DNA of 64,000 nucleotides from Macrostomum lignano (GCA_002269645.1 NIVC01001315.1:1-64000), one strand, 5' to 3'; shown: positions 12,601 through 23,951, counted from the first letter of the stretch. Numbers and translations: made by a program. Notes: a model not told the origin generated them from the sequence alone.

Positions 12601-15069
12601 TCTAGTAGACCTTGGTAGAGACTATGCAGCTGTGTACGGAACCAGCCGCAGAAGTCCTGAACCAGTGAATGCGTGATCCAGTAAATTTATGAACCAGTAA
12701 GTGCATGAACCAGTACATGAACCAGTAAATGCATGAACCAGTAAATGCATGAACCAGTAAGTGCATGAACCAGTACATGAACCAGTAAATGCATGAACCA
12801 GTAAGTGCGTGGACCAGTAAGTGCGTGGACCAGTAAGTGCATGAACCAGTACATGAACCAGTAAATGCATGAACCAGTACATGAACCAGTAAATGCATGA
12901 ACCAGTACATGAACCAGTAAATTTATGAACCAGTAAGTGCATGAACCAGTACATGAACCAGTAAATGCATGAACCAGTAAATGCATGAACCAGTAAGTGC
13001 ATGAACCAGTACATGAACCAGTAAATGCATGAACCAGTAAATGCATGAACCAGTAAATGCATGAACCAGTAAATGCATGAACCAGTAAGTGCATGAACCA
13101 GTAAATTTATGAACCAGTAAATTTATGAACCAGTAAATGCATGAACCAGTAAATGCGTGAACCATTAAGTGCATGAACCAGTAAATACGTGAACCAGTAA
13201 ATGCCAAGGACCACTAGTAGATAGTCTTAAGTAGATAGACTTAAGTAGTCCGTGGTAAATGCATGAACCAGTAAATGCGTGAACCAGTTAATGCGTGAAC
13301 CATTAAGTGCATGAACCAGTAAATGCGTGAACCATTAAGTGCATGAACCAGTAAATGCATGAACCAGTAAATGCGTGAACCAGTTAATGCGTGAACCATT
13401 AAGTGCATGAACCAGTAAATACGTGAACCAGTAAATGCATGAACCAGTAAATGCGTGAACCAGTTAATGCGTGAACCATTAAGTGCATGAACCAGTAAAT
13501 GCGTGAACCATTAAGTTCATGAACCAGTAAATGCATGAACCAGTAAATGCGTGAACCAGTTAATGCGTGAACCATTAAGTGCATGAACCAGTACATGTCT
13601 GAACCAGTAAATGCATGAACCAGTAAATGCGTGAACCAGTTAATGCGTGAACCATTAAGTGCATGAACCAGTACATGTCTGAACCAGTAAATGCATGAAC
13701 CAGTAAATACGTGAACCAGTAAATGCATGAACCAGTAAATGCGTGAACCAGTTAATGCGTGAACCATTAAGTGCATGAACCAGTAAATGCGTGAACCATT
13801 AAGTTCATGAACCAGTAAATGCATGAACCAGTAAATGCGTGAACCAGTTAATGCGTGAACCATTAAGTGCATGAACCAGTACATGTCTGAACCAGTAAAT
13901 GCATGAACCAGTAAATGCGTGAACCAGTTAATGCGTGAACCATTAAGTGCATGAACCAGTACATGTCTGAACCAGTAAATGCATGAACCAGTAAATACAT
14001 AAGTCAGTCCCCTGACCTTTGCACATTGGCAGCTTCAGATCCTCGTCGAGCAGCTCGGTGGCCTGCGTGGTCCAAGGCCGGGACTGGTCGTCTGTGAAGA
14101 AGGTGAGCGACCAGCTCTGGTCCTCCAGGCAGTCCAGCCGCATCCAGTTGGACTGGTTGCTGTTCTCAAACACGAATCCCCAGCCAGCCTTGCAGGTGAT
14201 GTTCACGTGACTGCCCACCGTGTTAACAGGACTGTCGGGGTTGCTCGAGTTGTACAGGTACTGGTCGGTATCGATGGTCAGGTTGGCGCACTGGTTGTCT
14301 GCGGATTTGTTCAGGGTTTGTTCTTGTGCTAGCATTATACTCGGCGGACTGGGTACTGTTTCAGTGGTTGCCGCGGCACTGGGTACTGTTTCAGTGGTTG
14401 CCGCGGCACTGGGTACTGTTTCAGTGGTTGCCGTGGCACTGGGTACTGTTTCAGTGGTTGCCGCGGCACTGGGTACTGCTTCAGTGGTTGCCGTGGCACT
14501 GGGTACTGTTTCAGTGGTTGCCGCGGCACTGGGTACTGTTTCAGTGGTTGCCGCGGCACTGGGTACTGTTTCAGTGGTTGCCGTGGCACTGGGTACTGTT
14601 TCAGTGGTTGCCGCGGCACTGGGTACTGTTTCAGTGGTTGCCGCGGCACTGGGTACTGTTTCAGTGGTTGCCGCGGCACTGGGTACTGTTTCAGTGGTTG
14701 CCGCGGCACCGGGTACTGTTTCAGTGGTTGCCGCGGCACTGGGTAGTTACATGGTGAGACAAAACAAAAACTTAAACCTGAAAATAGTTGCTAATTTACG
14801 CACGGTAAGAGAACAACTGATGGACAGCGTAAGCTGGCAAGCTGAGGAATGAGAAGCCAAGTGCAAGTAGATGGAAGGTCGGGATTTTTAGCTGACAAAA
14901 AAATCAAGGCAAGACAATACTCTTGTCTGCAGGTAGCTGCTACTGCAACTAGCCCTACGCCTAGTCTCCAGCCCATACCATTTGTGGCGCCGGCGGCTCT
15001 GGCGAATGGCGCTGCCGGGATGAGCAGCAGCAGCAGCTGGACGGTCATCTGGGTGATCGCCGCAGCCAT
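620..15069 (-). CDS. Secreted mosaic lectin/complement-like protein (~1314 aa): signal peptide, 8 CCP/Sushi-like modules, 3 WSC domains, fibrinogen-like stub, C-type lectin-like domain
   Basis: Hand-built exons: 15069-14979, 14298-14017, 12033-11749, 11044-10742, 10407-10215, 10142-10075, 9621-9259, 8305-8021, 7730-7452, 5843-5547, 5092-4900, 4817-4750, 4066-3698, 3415-3005, 2370-2188, 894-620. They sum to 3945 nt with compatible phases. Signal peptide [25 protein letters not shown]; CCP-like C..C..C..W..C exons; WSC YRGCF...C...C...CYC...C...CGG; [17 protein letters not shown]...W..SAELC...FFC. An extra 3' exon after a possible donor at 623 cannot be excluded. Confidence 0.75.
960..1390. mobile_element. 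Degenerate foldback/MITE-like element
   Basis: Imperfect inverted arms: ctgctaagctttgccatagac...gcatagactctgagac (~1060-1142) versus gtctcagagtctatgc...gtatggcaaagcttggcag (~1291-1370). 975-1020 also pairs with 1260-1300. Confidence 0.4.
1562..1753. mobile_element. MITE flanked by TTAA
   Basis: Inverted arms of ~60 bp (ggagttctataattagcaac...ttttacctcgaggcca versus tggcctcatgaggtaaaac...attgctaatcatagaactcc), with TTAA at 1562-1565 and 1750-1753. Confidence 0.55.
2462..2745 (+). mobile_element. tRNA-derived SINE, family A (full length)
   Basis: A-box TAGCCTAGTGG (2463), B-box GGTTCGATTC (2507), body CCCTTGAGCAAGACA...GCTTCAGTTCACCCAGCTG, (TTA)n tail. A second copy lies at ~5228. Confidence 0.65.
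2778..2903. repeat. Direct tandem duplication, 60 bp x2
   Basis: gctgcagggacctggggtttcagccatgaattgcatcgttattatcccgtgtcatttgta occurs twice. Confidence 0.9.
4060..4375. repeat. 33-bp minisatellite overlapping a splice acceptor
   Basis: Unit gactggtctgcggtggagcggattgggtaatgg; starts at 4060, 4093, 4126, 4159, 4192 and onward. Confidence 0.9.
5228..5465 (+). mobile_element. SINE family A, 5'-truncated copy
   Basis: Shares TTGAGCAAGACA...TTGCTTCAGTTCACCCAGCTGTA...GCATTAACTGGGGTAA...CATTTGCCCATT and an ATT-rich tail with 2462-2745. Confidence 0.65.
5941..7362. repeat. 12-bp minisatellite (TAATCAGCACAC/CAATCAGCACAC)
   Basis: Direct reading; gives the artefactual poly-VLIS/G ORF 5881-7068. Confidence 0.95.
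8508..8816. repeat. 12-bp minisatellite (GGGGTGTGCACT)
   Basis: Direct reading. Confidence 0.95.
8886..9213. repeat. 30-bp minisatellite (gggtgcaccaacctcaacccccatatgctggcc-like)
   Basis: Direct reading. Confidence 0.9.
9671..10033 (+). mobile_element. tRNA-derived SINE, family B (full length, with TSD)
   Basis: Head GGGGGCCGTAGCCCAGCGGTCTAGCG...GGCTCGATTTC (A/B-box-like), AT-rich end, and a 12-bp direct repeat AGGCCCACGTCA at 9659-9670 and 10034-10045. Confidence 0.65.
11359..11662. repeat. 75-bp tandem repeat x4
   Basis: gacacg units start at 11359, 11434, 11509, 11584; each contains the palindromic TGGGAA-acgtca-TTCCCA. Confidence 0.9.
12154..12344 (-). mobile_element. SINE family B, partial copy in inverted orientation
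   Basis: Reverse complement matches ~9833-10012 (gtgaagtgtacatgcctaacgat...gtcgcttaaagtgcgccagggtgcacaca). Confidence 0.7.
12345..12545. mobile_element. Foldback-like element with internally repetitive arms
   Basis: (cccgaaatatcacaaa)n on the left and (tttgtgatatttcagg/cggg)n on the right, with a short spacer. Confidence 0.55.
12655..14000. repeat. 13-bp-based minisatellite (GCATGAACCAGTA[A])
   Basis: Direct reading; interrupted at ~13205-13255; higher-order units in the right half. Confidence 0.95.
14347..14745. repeat. 30-bp minisatellite x13
   Basis: Unit gggtactgtttcagtggttgccgcggcact, in intron 1 of the mosaic gene. Confidence 0.95.
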
Positions 15070-16376
15070 GACTGACGAAATGCCGGCTCAACAGCGAGAT
15101 CTCGCAGCAGCTTTGCCGGAAGGTACTCAGGGAAATTATTCAAAGTTGAGAGCTTAACAAGCGGGGGCTTAAGCCGGGTTAGCAGTGGCTGGGGAAGACT
15201 GAGGCCGATCCCATCTTTAAAAATCTCCATTGTATTATGCTGTGTTTTGGCGCTTGGCGTCGGCTTTGCCAGGGGCAACCCGGGGCGAATCGGGGCCGCG
15301 CAGGACCCTCTCCAGCAGCTGGGGAGCGGCAGCAATGGTGAGGGGCAGCCCAGCTCTGCCGTCGCCTTCCCTCCCCTCCCTTAAGTGTCGGTTGGGCCGA
15401 GCGCCCATTGTTTGTCAGTCTGGAGGCGGTTCAAGAGTTTGCAGGCTGCCAGTCATCGGGATGCCACCTGCAACCCGCATGTATTCGGAATAATCAAACT
15501 ACTTATTATTTAAAGCGGTAATGTACGAATATATTCTGCTGTACAGTGAGTCACCGCAGGTTGATGGTTCGTGGGCGTGAGCACCCGAAATATTTACTAG
15601 ACTTGTTCCTTAGTTTCAAGAGCTTTACAAAATACTGCACCACATTCGTGAAGGTAAAATGCTTATAAAGCGCATTTATTACTCTTTAAGTTTGAGTACC
15701 GGTGTAAGCTGGAGCTTATACGAGCCGAAACACCCCCAGTAGGGGTCGAAAACTGACGTCATCTTGTTGAGCAGGTTTAGTAAGTGGCCTTAGTTACAAG
15801 ACCCCAACTTGAAGAGTGGGGAAGTCCCTACACGCATGCCAGCTGCATCAGACGCAGCTGCAGTCGATGCAGATCGCAGGCCAGCACAGCCAAGCTTCCC
15901 AGCTCAAAGACAAAGAGGCGCCTCTCAATCGATGAAAGCATCAGAAGCCCAAGTTGAAAAAGTTTCTCAGAGCTGCGAGAACTGCAACAAAAGATGCTGG
16001 TGGCAGCAGCTGCAGCTGGGGGCCCGCAGCTGCTCTCCAAGGACAATGGGAAGATTCGGCAGGCAGAGGGGAGCTGGGAACGCAAGATCAATTGCCAGGC
16101 AGGGGCGCAGGTGGAGCTGCAGGGCATTGTTTTAAAATTTTTAAGCAAGGTTGACACTCTTCAAGTCTCAAGGATTGTCTTCTGCTAAAAGAAGTTAATC
16201 TACTGGCAGCAGCTCCTGCCCAAAGACAAGAGCTCCGCGTCAAGCCGCAGAAGCATCGATTCATCCTCAGCTCAGCGGGCGGGCAGTGAATTTTAATTCA
16301 CGCGCACTTCGCGTGGCTCAAGGCCAACACTTTATGTACTTTAGTAGTTTCCTGAATTTCCTTCTCTCTCTTTTTC

Positions 16377-16516
16377 TCGACTATACCAGATGAATGATCA
16401 AGCCGAAGACAAGCCTCTCAGTCTCGACCATACCAGATGAATGATCAAGCCGAAGACAAGCCTCTCAGTCTCGACCATACCAGATGAATGATCAAGCCGA
16501 AGACAAGCCTCTCAGC
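16377..16516. repeat. 47-bp tandem repeat x3
   Basis: tctcgaccataccagatgaatgatcaagccgaagacaagcctctcag. Confidence 0.9.
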
Positions 16517-16817
16517 GGGGCCGGCCAGTTTGCCTTCATTTAGCATCGCAATCGCAGCCTTGAGTCGACTCGGGTGCGCACACGGTTAAATGTATATTTC
16601 AGTGAGATAAAAACAAAGTCCCGAACTAGCAGCTAACTCTGGCTAGACTAACAGCGGATAAAGTTGTGACACAAGTAGGCAACAGAAGCAATGAAAGTTC
16701 GAGCATTGATTGAAAACAAGATCGGAGCTTCATTAGTGAGGGTAGGCGGGTCACGGGGCGTGGATGACACCTCTCTGAATAGGGCATAGGCAGTTTGGTC
16801 ATAGGGCACAGAAATTT

Positions 16818-17095
16818 TGGTCACAGGTCATAGACAGTTTGGTCACAGGTCAATAGTTGGGCTATAGGTCATAGACAAGTGGTCACAGGTCATAGACAGT
16901 TTGGTCACAGGTCAATAGTTGGGCTATAGGTCATAGACAAGTGGTCACAGGTCATAGACAGTTTGGTCACAGGTCAATAGTTGGGCTATAGGTCATAGAC
17001 AAGTGGTCACAGGTCATAGACAGTTTGGTCACAGGTCAATAGTTGGGCTATAGGTCATAGACAAGTGGTCATAGGTCATGGACAGTTGGATCATT
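16818..17095. repeat. 62-bp higher-order repeat built from ~20-bp GGTCA(T/C)AG subunits
   Basis: gtcaatagttgg recurs at 16849, 16911 and onward. Confidence 0.85.
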
Positions 17096-17869
17096 AGGTC
17101 ATAGGCACTTAGGAGCGCCAGAAAGTTGGTTCATAAGCCGTGGATGGGTGCAAAACTCAATTTAAAGCGGTGTTAGATCACACTTGGAATGGAAGCCTAA
17201 GCTGATTCAAAGCAGAGAAATGCCTAGCCAGAAAAACTGGAATATCCCAGAGCTCAGAAGTCCAAGAGCTGGCACACAAACTTTCCGCTTGCGAGGTCAC
17301 GGTTCAATTAAGTTCCTAAAGGAGTTGTTAGAAAGCCGCAAAATTGCACTAGGAGGCTCCGTAAGACCATAACACCTTTACTCGTACTGCCGATATGTAG
17401 CGTAAAAAACTTAACAAAGGCAAAAGTAGTTGAAGCTAATACTAAAAAGTTCTAAATGAGAAGAATGCTTCTTTCTAGTTTGTGAAATCCCAGACACCAC
17501 AGCCACCCAGACTAAACTGTATCGCTCCTAGTAAAAGTGCATGCGCAAACCAATGACATGAAGAGTACACAAGTCAAACACCCGGTACAATAGCTAATCA
17601 GTAAGCGCAATAAGAAATACAATGGCAGTGAAATCGCAGAAGGCACACAGATTTCAGCTAGATTTAGCATTGGCAAATCTTCACGCGGTGCCGGATTTGG
17701 CTGCAGTTGCACCGCGCGCTAACAGAGGAACCAGAAATACAAAAACGACTGTCAGTGACCGATGCATGATAAAAAAAACTAAAAAATCAAAATATCCAAA
17801 ACTAAAGTACATGTCAACCTAAGGAGTCGCAACCACCGGCACCTGATGACAGAGGCAGACAGGACTTGC

Positions 17870-18035
17870 TAAATCTTATCATCAAATTATTCTTGTCAGC
17901 TAGATCTCAGCATCAGATAATTCTTGTCAGCTAGACCTCATCATCAGATAATTCTTGTCAGCTAGATCTCATCATCAGATAATTCTTGTCAGCTAGACCT
18001 CATCATCAGATAATTCTTGTCAGCTAGATCTTATC
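17870..18035. repeat. 31-bp tandem repeat
   Basis: ttcttgtcagctagatctcatcatcagataa, about 5 copies. Confidence 0.85.
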
Positions 18036-18171
18036 AAAAAGTTAGGCTATTAGCCTTGAGAGAAATCTTGTCAGACACAATCCTGTCAGCGCTGTCATAT
18101 TAAAAACCTGGAAGAGCAACCTGAGTCAGTCAAATCCAGGCGGCTGAACACCGTCAGCGAAATCTGATCAG

Positions 18172-18583
18172 CTAGACCTTGTCAGCGGGCCTGGGCGGCG
18201 GCGCAGGCTGCGGCCGCTCCCAGCCGTACAGCATTGTGGCGGCGATGACCAGCGAGGCGCCGGCGAAGAACGTGGCGCTGGGCACGAAGTCGGCCAGCCA
18301 CAGCCAGGACACCAGGGTGCTCAGGATGATGGACACCGCGTTGGCGAAGCCCTTCAAGATGTTGTCGGCATACTTAATCACCGCGGCGATCACCAGGCCG
18401 CCGAAGGCGTGCAGGCCGATGACCAGCCACACCCAGCCCGTGTAGCCTTGGAAGAAGCCGTCGGCGGCCACCCGCTGCCAGTCCGAGGCCGCCACGCCGC
18501 CCAGGCCGAGGAGGGCGCCGAACAGACCGAGCTGAATGTTGCGCATCCACACTGAGGCCTGCGAGCCCTGCGGAGTAGTAGTG

Positions 18584-18655
<72 letters not shown>

Positions 18656-18657
18656 GC

Positions 18658-18724
<67 letters not shown>

Positions 18725-18756
18725 GTAGTAGTAGTAGTAGCAGTATTAGTAGTAGC

Positions 18757-18797
<41 letters not shown>

Positions 18798-18882
18798 CAG
18801 TAGTAGTAGTAGTAGTAGTAGTAGCAGTAGTAGTAGTAGTAGTAGTAGTAGTAGCAGTAGTAGTAGTAGTAGTAGTAGTAGC

Positions 18883-18940
<58 letters not shown>

Positions 18941-18942
18941 GC

Positions 18943-18983
<41 letters not shown>

Positions 18984-18984
18984 C

Positions 18985-19039
<55 letters not shown>

Positions 19040-19041
19040 GC

Positions 19042-19106
<65 letters not shown>

Positions 19107-19152
19107 CAGTAGTAGTAGTAGTAGCAGTAGTAGTAGTAGTAGTAGTAGTAGC

Positions 19153-19196
<44 letters not shown>

Positions 19197-19197
19197 C

Positions 19198-19228
<31 letters not shown>

Positions 19229-19265
19229 ATAGTATTAGTAGTAGCAGTAGTATTAGTAGTAGTAA

Positions 19266-19297
<32 letters not shown>

Positions 19298-19299
19298 GC

Positions 19300-19372
<73 letters not shown>

Positions 19373-19401
19373 ATAGTAGTAGTAGTAGTATTAGTAGTAG
19401 C

Positions 19402-19480
<79 letters not shown>

Positions 19481-19494
19481 ATAGTATTAGTAGC

Positions 19495-19543
<49 letters not shown>

Positions 19544-19596
19544 ATAGTAGTAGTAGTAGTATTAGTAGTAGCAGTAGTAGTAGTAGTAGTAGTAGC

Positions 19597-19662
<66 letters not shown>

Positions 19663-21368
19663 TGCTTACAGGCTGTCAGTAATTTATCAGGCAAAGAAAA
19701 TACGAGCATTTCCGAAACGCACCTTTAAAATCTTTTCAAAGTAGACGCCGGCAAAGCCGCTGCTGCAGCAGGCGGAGAGCACGGCCACCAGACCCACCAT
19801 CTGGCTGGAGAGACTCGCTGACTGCTCAGCCGTCGCCGCTGCCGATGACGAGTCGTCCTGGCTGGGCAGCTGGACCAGCGCCACCCCGGTGAAGAGGATG
19901 AGCAGCGCGAGCCACTTGGTGCCGGAGATGGCCTTGCGCAGCATCAGGACGGAGAAAACCGCTGTGGTGAGAATCTTCAGCTGGTAGGTCACCTGCGAAT
20001 GGCATCACGCAAATTAGCTGATGTGTGAGTCATAGAGAGCTGATGTGTGAGTCAAAGAGAGCTGATGTGTGACTCATAGAGAGCTGATGTGAGTCATAGA
20101 GAGCTGATGTGAGTCATAGAGAGCTGATGTGAGTCATAGAGAGATGATGCGAGTCATAGAGAGCTGATATGTGAGTCAGAAAGAAAGGATGAGTCAGAGA
20201 GTTGATATGTGAGTCAGAGAGCTGATATGTGAGTCAGAGAGTTGATATGTGAGTCAGAGAGCTGATATGTGAGTCAGAGAGTTGATATGTGAGTCAGAGA
20301 GCTGATATGTGAGTCAGAGAGTTGATATGTGAGTCAGAGAGTTGATATGTGAGTCAGAGAGAAAGGATGAGTCAGAGAGTTGATATGTGAGTCAAAGAGC
20401 TGATATGTGAGTCAGAGAGTTGATATGTGAGTCAGGGAGTTGATATGTGAGTCAGAGAGCTGATATGTGTGTCATAGAGGATGAGTCAGAGTTGATATGT
20501 GAGTCAGAGAGCTGATATGTGAGTCATAGAGGATGAGTCAGAGAGTTGATATGTGAGTCAGAGAGAAAGTATGAGTCAGAGAGCTGATATGTGAGTCATA
20601 GAGGATGAGTCAGAGAGCTGATATGTGAGTCAGAGAGTTGATATGTGAGTCAGAGAGAAAGCATGAGTCAGAGAGTTGATATGTGAGTCAGAGAGAAAGC
20701 ATGAGTCAGAGAGTTGATATGTGAGTCAGAGAGCTGATATGTGAGTCAGAGAGTTGATATGTGAGTCAGAGAGTTGATATGTGAGTCAGAGAGCTGATAT
20801 TTGAGTCATAGAGGATGAGTCAGAGAGTTGATATGTGAGTCAGAGAGAAAGGATGAGTCAGAGAGCTGATATGCGAGTCATAGAGGATGAGTCAGAGAGC
20901 TGATATGTGAGTCATAGAGGATGAGTCAGAGAGCTGATATGTGAGTCATAGAGGATGAGTCATAGAGCTGATATGAGTCATACATAGACTACAACGCCAC
21001 AAGCTAGAAGCGCTCACCTGGTACAGCGCGGCATTCAGATGCGACAGCGCAATGAACAGCAGGTTGTTCTGCAAGGTGTACAGGCCGGCCGGCACCGCCA
21101 GCTTCAGGGTGTCCTGCCAGTTCACCAGCAGCTCGGTGCGTAGATCGCGAATTGTCAGCCTGGCTGAGAAGCCGTGCTCCCTAGCAACCAGCAGCAGGCA
21201 GGTGAGCAGCTTCACGGCCTCCGCCATGACGACCGCCGTGGAGGTCAGGTAGAGCTTCTGGCCGGGCTCCGCCGCGCTGCGGGTGTAGCGCATGGCCAGC
21301 ACCACCGAGGAGGTCTGGAGCACCAGCAGGGTGAGGCTGATCCACTTCAGCTGCTGCTGGCTGGCCAT
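18172..21368 (-). CDS. UDP-sugar (UDP-GlcNAc/UDP-Gal) Golgi transporter, SLC35A2/A3 family, ~338 aa
   Basis: Exons 21368-21018, 19992-19723, 18567-18172 (all phase 0). Motifs [89 protein letters not shown]2 versus A3 orthology not resolved. Confidence 0.92.
18573..19662. repeat. (AGT)n microsatellite, ~1.1 kb
   Basis: Direct reading with AGC/ATT/AAT variants; source of the poly-L and poly-V ORFs. Confidence 0.98.
20028..20975. repeat. ~20-bp minisatellite (gagctgatatgtgagtcaga)
   Basis: Fills intron 1 of the transporter gene. Confidence 0.95.
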
Positions 21369-21509
21369 GGCGTGCGGCTAGTGGGGCTGGGCCGGCCTGG
21401 GCTGCGGGTGCGCGGCCGGGTGCCACTTTATAGCCATGAGCTGGGACTCAAACAGCTGAGCACCTGAGCGCTGCGGTGTACCGGTTTCTCTGCTCAACTG
21501 CGACCGAGT

Positions 21510-22610
21510 ATCTGGGACAAGCACTGAGGATCTGGGACTGGGGTGGCCCAGCTACTGAGGATCTGGGACTGGGGTGGCCCAGCTACTGAGGATCTGGGAC
21601 TGGGGTGGCCCAGCTACTGAGGATCTGGGACTGGGGTGGCCCAGCTACTGAGGATCTGGGACTGGGGTGGCCCAGCTACTGAGGATCTGGGACTGGGGTG
21701 GCACAGCTACTGAGGATCTGGGACTGGGGTGGCCCAGCTACTGAGGATCTGGGACTGGGGTGGCCCAGCTACTGAGGATCTGGGAGTGGAGTGGGCCCAG
21801 CAACTGAGGATCTGGGAGACTGGCCCAGCAACTGACGATCTGGGAGTGGCGTGGGCTAGCAACTGACGATCTGGGAGGCTGGCCCAGCAACTGACGATCT
21901 GGGAGTGGCGTGGGCTAGCAACTGACGATCTGGGAGGCTGGCCCAGCAACTGACGATCTGGGAGGCTGGCCCAGCAACTGACGATCTGGGAGGCTGATGG
22001 CCCAGCAACTGACGATCTGGGAGTGGAGTGGGCCCAGCAACTGAGGATCTGGGAGGCTGGCCCAGCTACTGACGATCTGGGAGGCTGGCCCAGCAACTGA
22101 CGATCTGGGAGTGGCGTGGGCTAGCAACTGACGATCTGGGAGGCTGGCCCAGCAACTGACGATCTGGGAGGCTGGCCCAGCAACTGACGATCTGGGAGGC
22201 TGGCCCAGCTACTGACGATCTGGGAGGCTGGCCCAGCAACTGACGATCTGGGAGGCTGGCCCAGCAACTGACGATCTGGGAGGCTGGCCCAGCAACTGAC
22301 GATCTGGGAGGCTGGCCCAGCAACTGAGGATCTGGGAGGGTGGCCCAGCAACTGACACTCTGAGAGACTGGCCCAGCAACTGACGATCTGGGAGGCTGAT
22401 GGCCCAGCAACTGACGATCTGGGAGGCTGGCCCAGCAACTGACGATCTGGGAGGCTGGCCCAGCAACTGACGATCTGGGAGGCTGGCCCAGCAACTGACG
22501 ATCTGGGAGGCTGGCCCAGCAACTGACGATCTGGGAGGCTGGCCCAGCAACTGACGATCTGGGAGTGGCGTGGGCTAGCAACTGAAGATCTGGGAGGGTG
22601 GCCTAGCAAC
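21510..22610. repeat. 28-31-bp minisatellite upstream of the transporter gene
   Basis: actgaggatctgggactggggtggcccagct grades into actgacgatctgggaggctggcccagca. Confidence 0.95.
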
Positions 22611-22818
22611 AAAGGCTGTTAACTACAATTAAAAAATTGCTATTCATATTAATAAATAAAAAGCTAGAAGCCAGTTTATTAAGACTCCGTACAAGGATGC
22701 GGATATAGGAGTCTACCCAGTGGATAACAAGACAGTAAGTAGAATTTATGAAACCAGACAGAGAATGTTCACAAAAAGGGCAACGCGAGCCAGTGAGAAG
22801 CCCAGCAACAATGCAGTG

Positions 22819-23951
22819 TACGAGGAGCGTACTGAAAGTTTTGAGATACGACTGACTCATAAGTCATAACTGCACGAATTTTCATATACATACTCTACCA
22901 CCCTTAGGATGATTGGGTAGTAATTTTCAGCCTTTGCGCTGTTGTTAATTTTTCACAATCACTCTTCAAAGTCAATACCCCCTACCAAACTGTACTTGCT
23001 CCAATGGAGTTGACAAACCACGACTTTTGTGTCATGATTGTTTACAACCAGCAAAAAGGTCTCGCGTAGGAGCAGTGCGTTGAAAGTTTACATGCTGTCT
23101 TTGGAGACCAAGCCCCTTTAAGTGCCACAGTTTTTCGGTTGTACAGGAAATTTAAGTGGGGCCAAAGCCTCCAAGCGGTGCGCCCGCTGGGTGCCCCACA
23201 ACCTGACGGAGGACCAGAAAGCGGAGAGGGTACTTTGGTGCGAGTTAATGCTCGAAAGATTCGATTCTGGGACCTCGAAGTGATGCTGGGAGATCATCAG
23301 TGGCGATGAGACCTTGGTCTACCAGTACGACCCGGAAACCAAGCAGCAGTCGGCAGTTTGGCTCCTTCCGGACGATGCCACTCCAACGAAGGTCAAGCGG
23401 GCCCGCAGCGTCGGGAAGCAGATGGTGGCGGCTTTCTTCAGCCAGGCCGGCTACCTGGCCACTGTAGCGCTCCAAGACAGGCGGACAGTCAATGCCGACT
23501 GGTATACTAACCAGTGCCTGCCGCTCGTGTTCGATGCTTGGCGCAGACGCCGGCCGCGCACCGGACTTCGTGGCCTGCTGCTGCACCACGACAACGCCAG
23601 TGCGCACACGGCTGCTGCAACTTTGGCATTTCTGGCCGAGAATGGAGTCCAGTTGGTGACGCATCTCTCATATTCCCCTGACCTGGCACCCTGCGACTTC
23701 TTTCTCTTCCCTTTCAAGAACCAACTGTGCGGGACTCGGTTTGAGAGCCCTGAAGCAGCAAGAATCGAGCTCGAGCGGGTGGTGTCAGCAGTGCCAGAAG
23801 AACAGTGGGCTGGAGCCGGGGTTCAGTGCTTTCACCGGATGAGAAAATGCGAGCAAGCTGGTGGCAACTACTTTGAAAAATTGTGACAGAAATTTTGCTT
23901 CAGACATTTGTGGTTTAGGCGTATCTCAAAACTTTCAGTGCGCCCCTCGTA
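22819..23951 (+). mobile_element. Mariner (D,D34D) DNA transposon, internally deleted and inactive
   Basis: TIRs TA-CGAGGAGCGTACTGAAAGTTTTGAGATACG and CGTATCTCAAAACTTTCAGTGCGCCCCTCG-TA with TA duplication. Transposase motifs WVPHNL, GDET, HHDNASAH, YSPDLAPCDF, with 34 residues between the last two Asp. Confidence 0.93.
23034..23886 (+). pseudogene. Mariner transposase remnant
   Basis: N-terminal HTH-like MIVYNQQKGLA*EQCVESLHAVFGDQAP with a stop, a deletion before RCARWVPH, and a stop TGA at ~23281. The catalytic half is open (23314-23886). Confidence 0.85.

Noticed and set aside
14335-14745. Mucin-like ([10 protein letters not shown])n stalk exon
   Set aside because: The signal exon ends in phase 1; the CCCAG acceptors in the repeat give the wrong frame and a stop. 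The acceptor at 14299 fits.
18390-19744. Poly-Leu and poly-Val ORFs
   Set aside because: (AGT)n microsatellite artefacts inside transporter intron 2.
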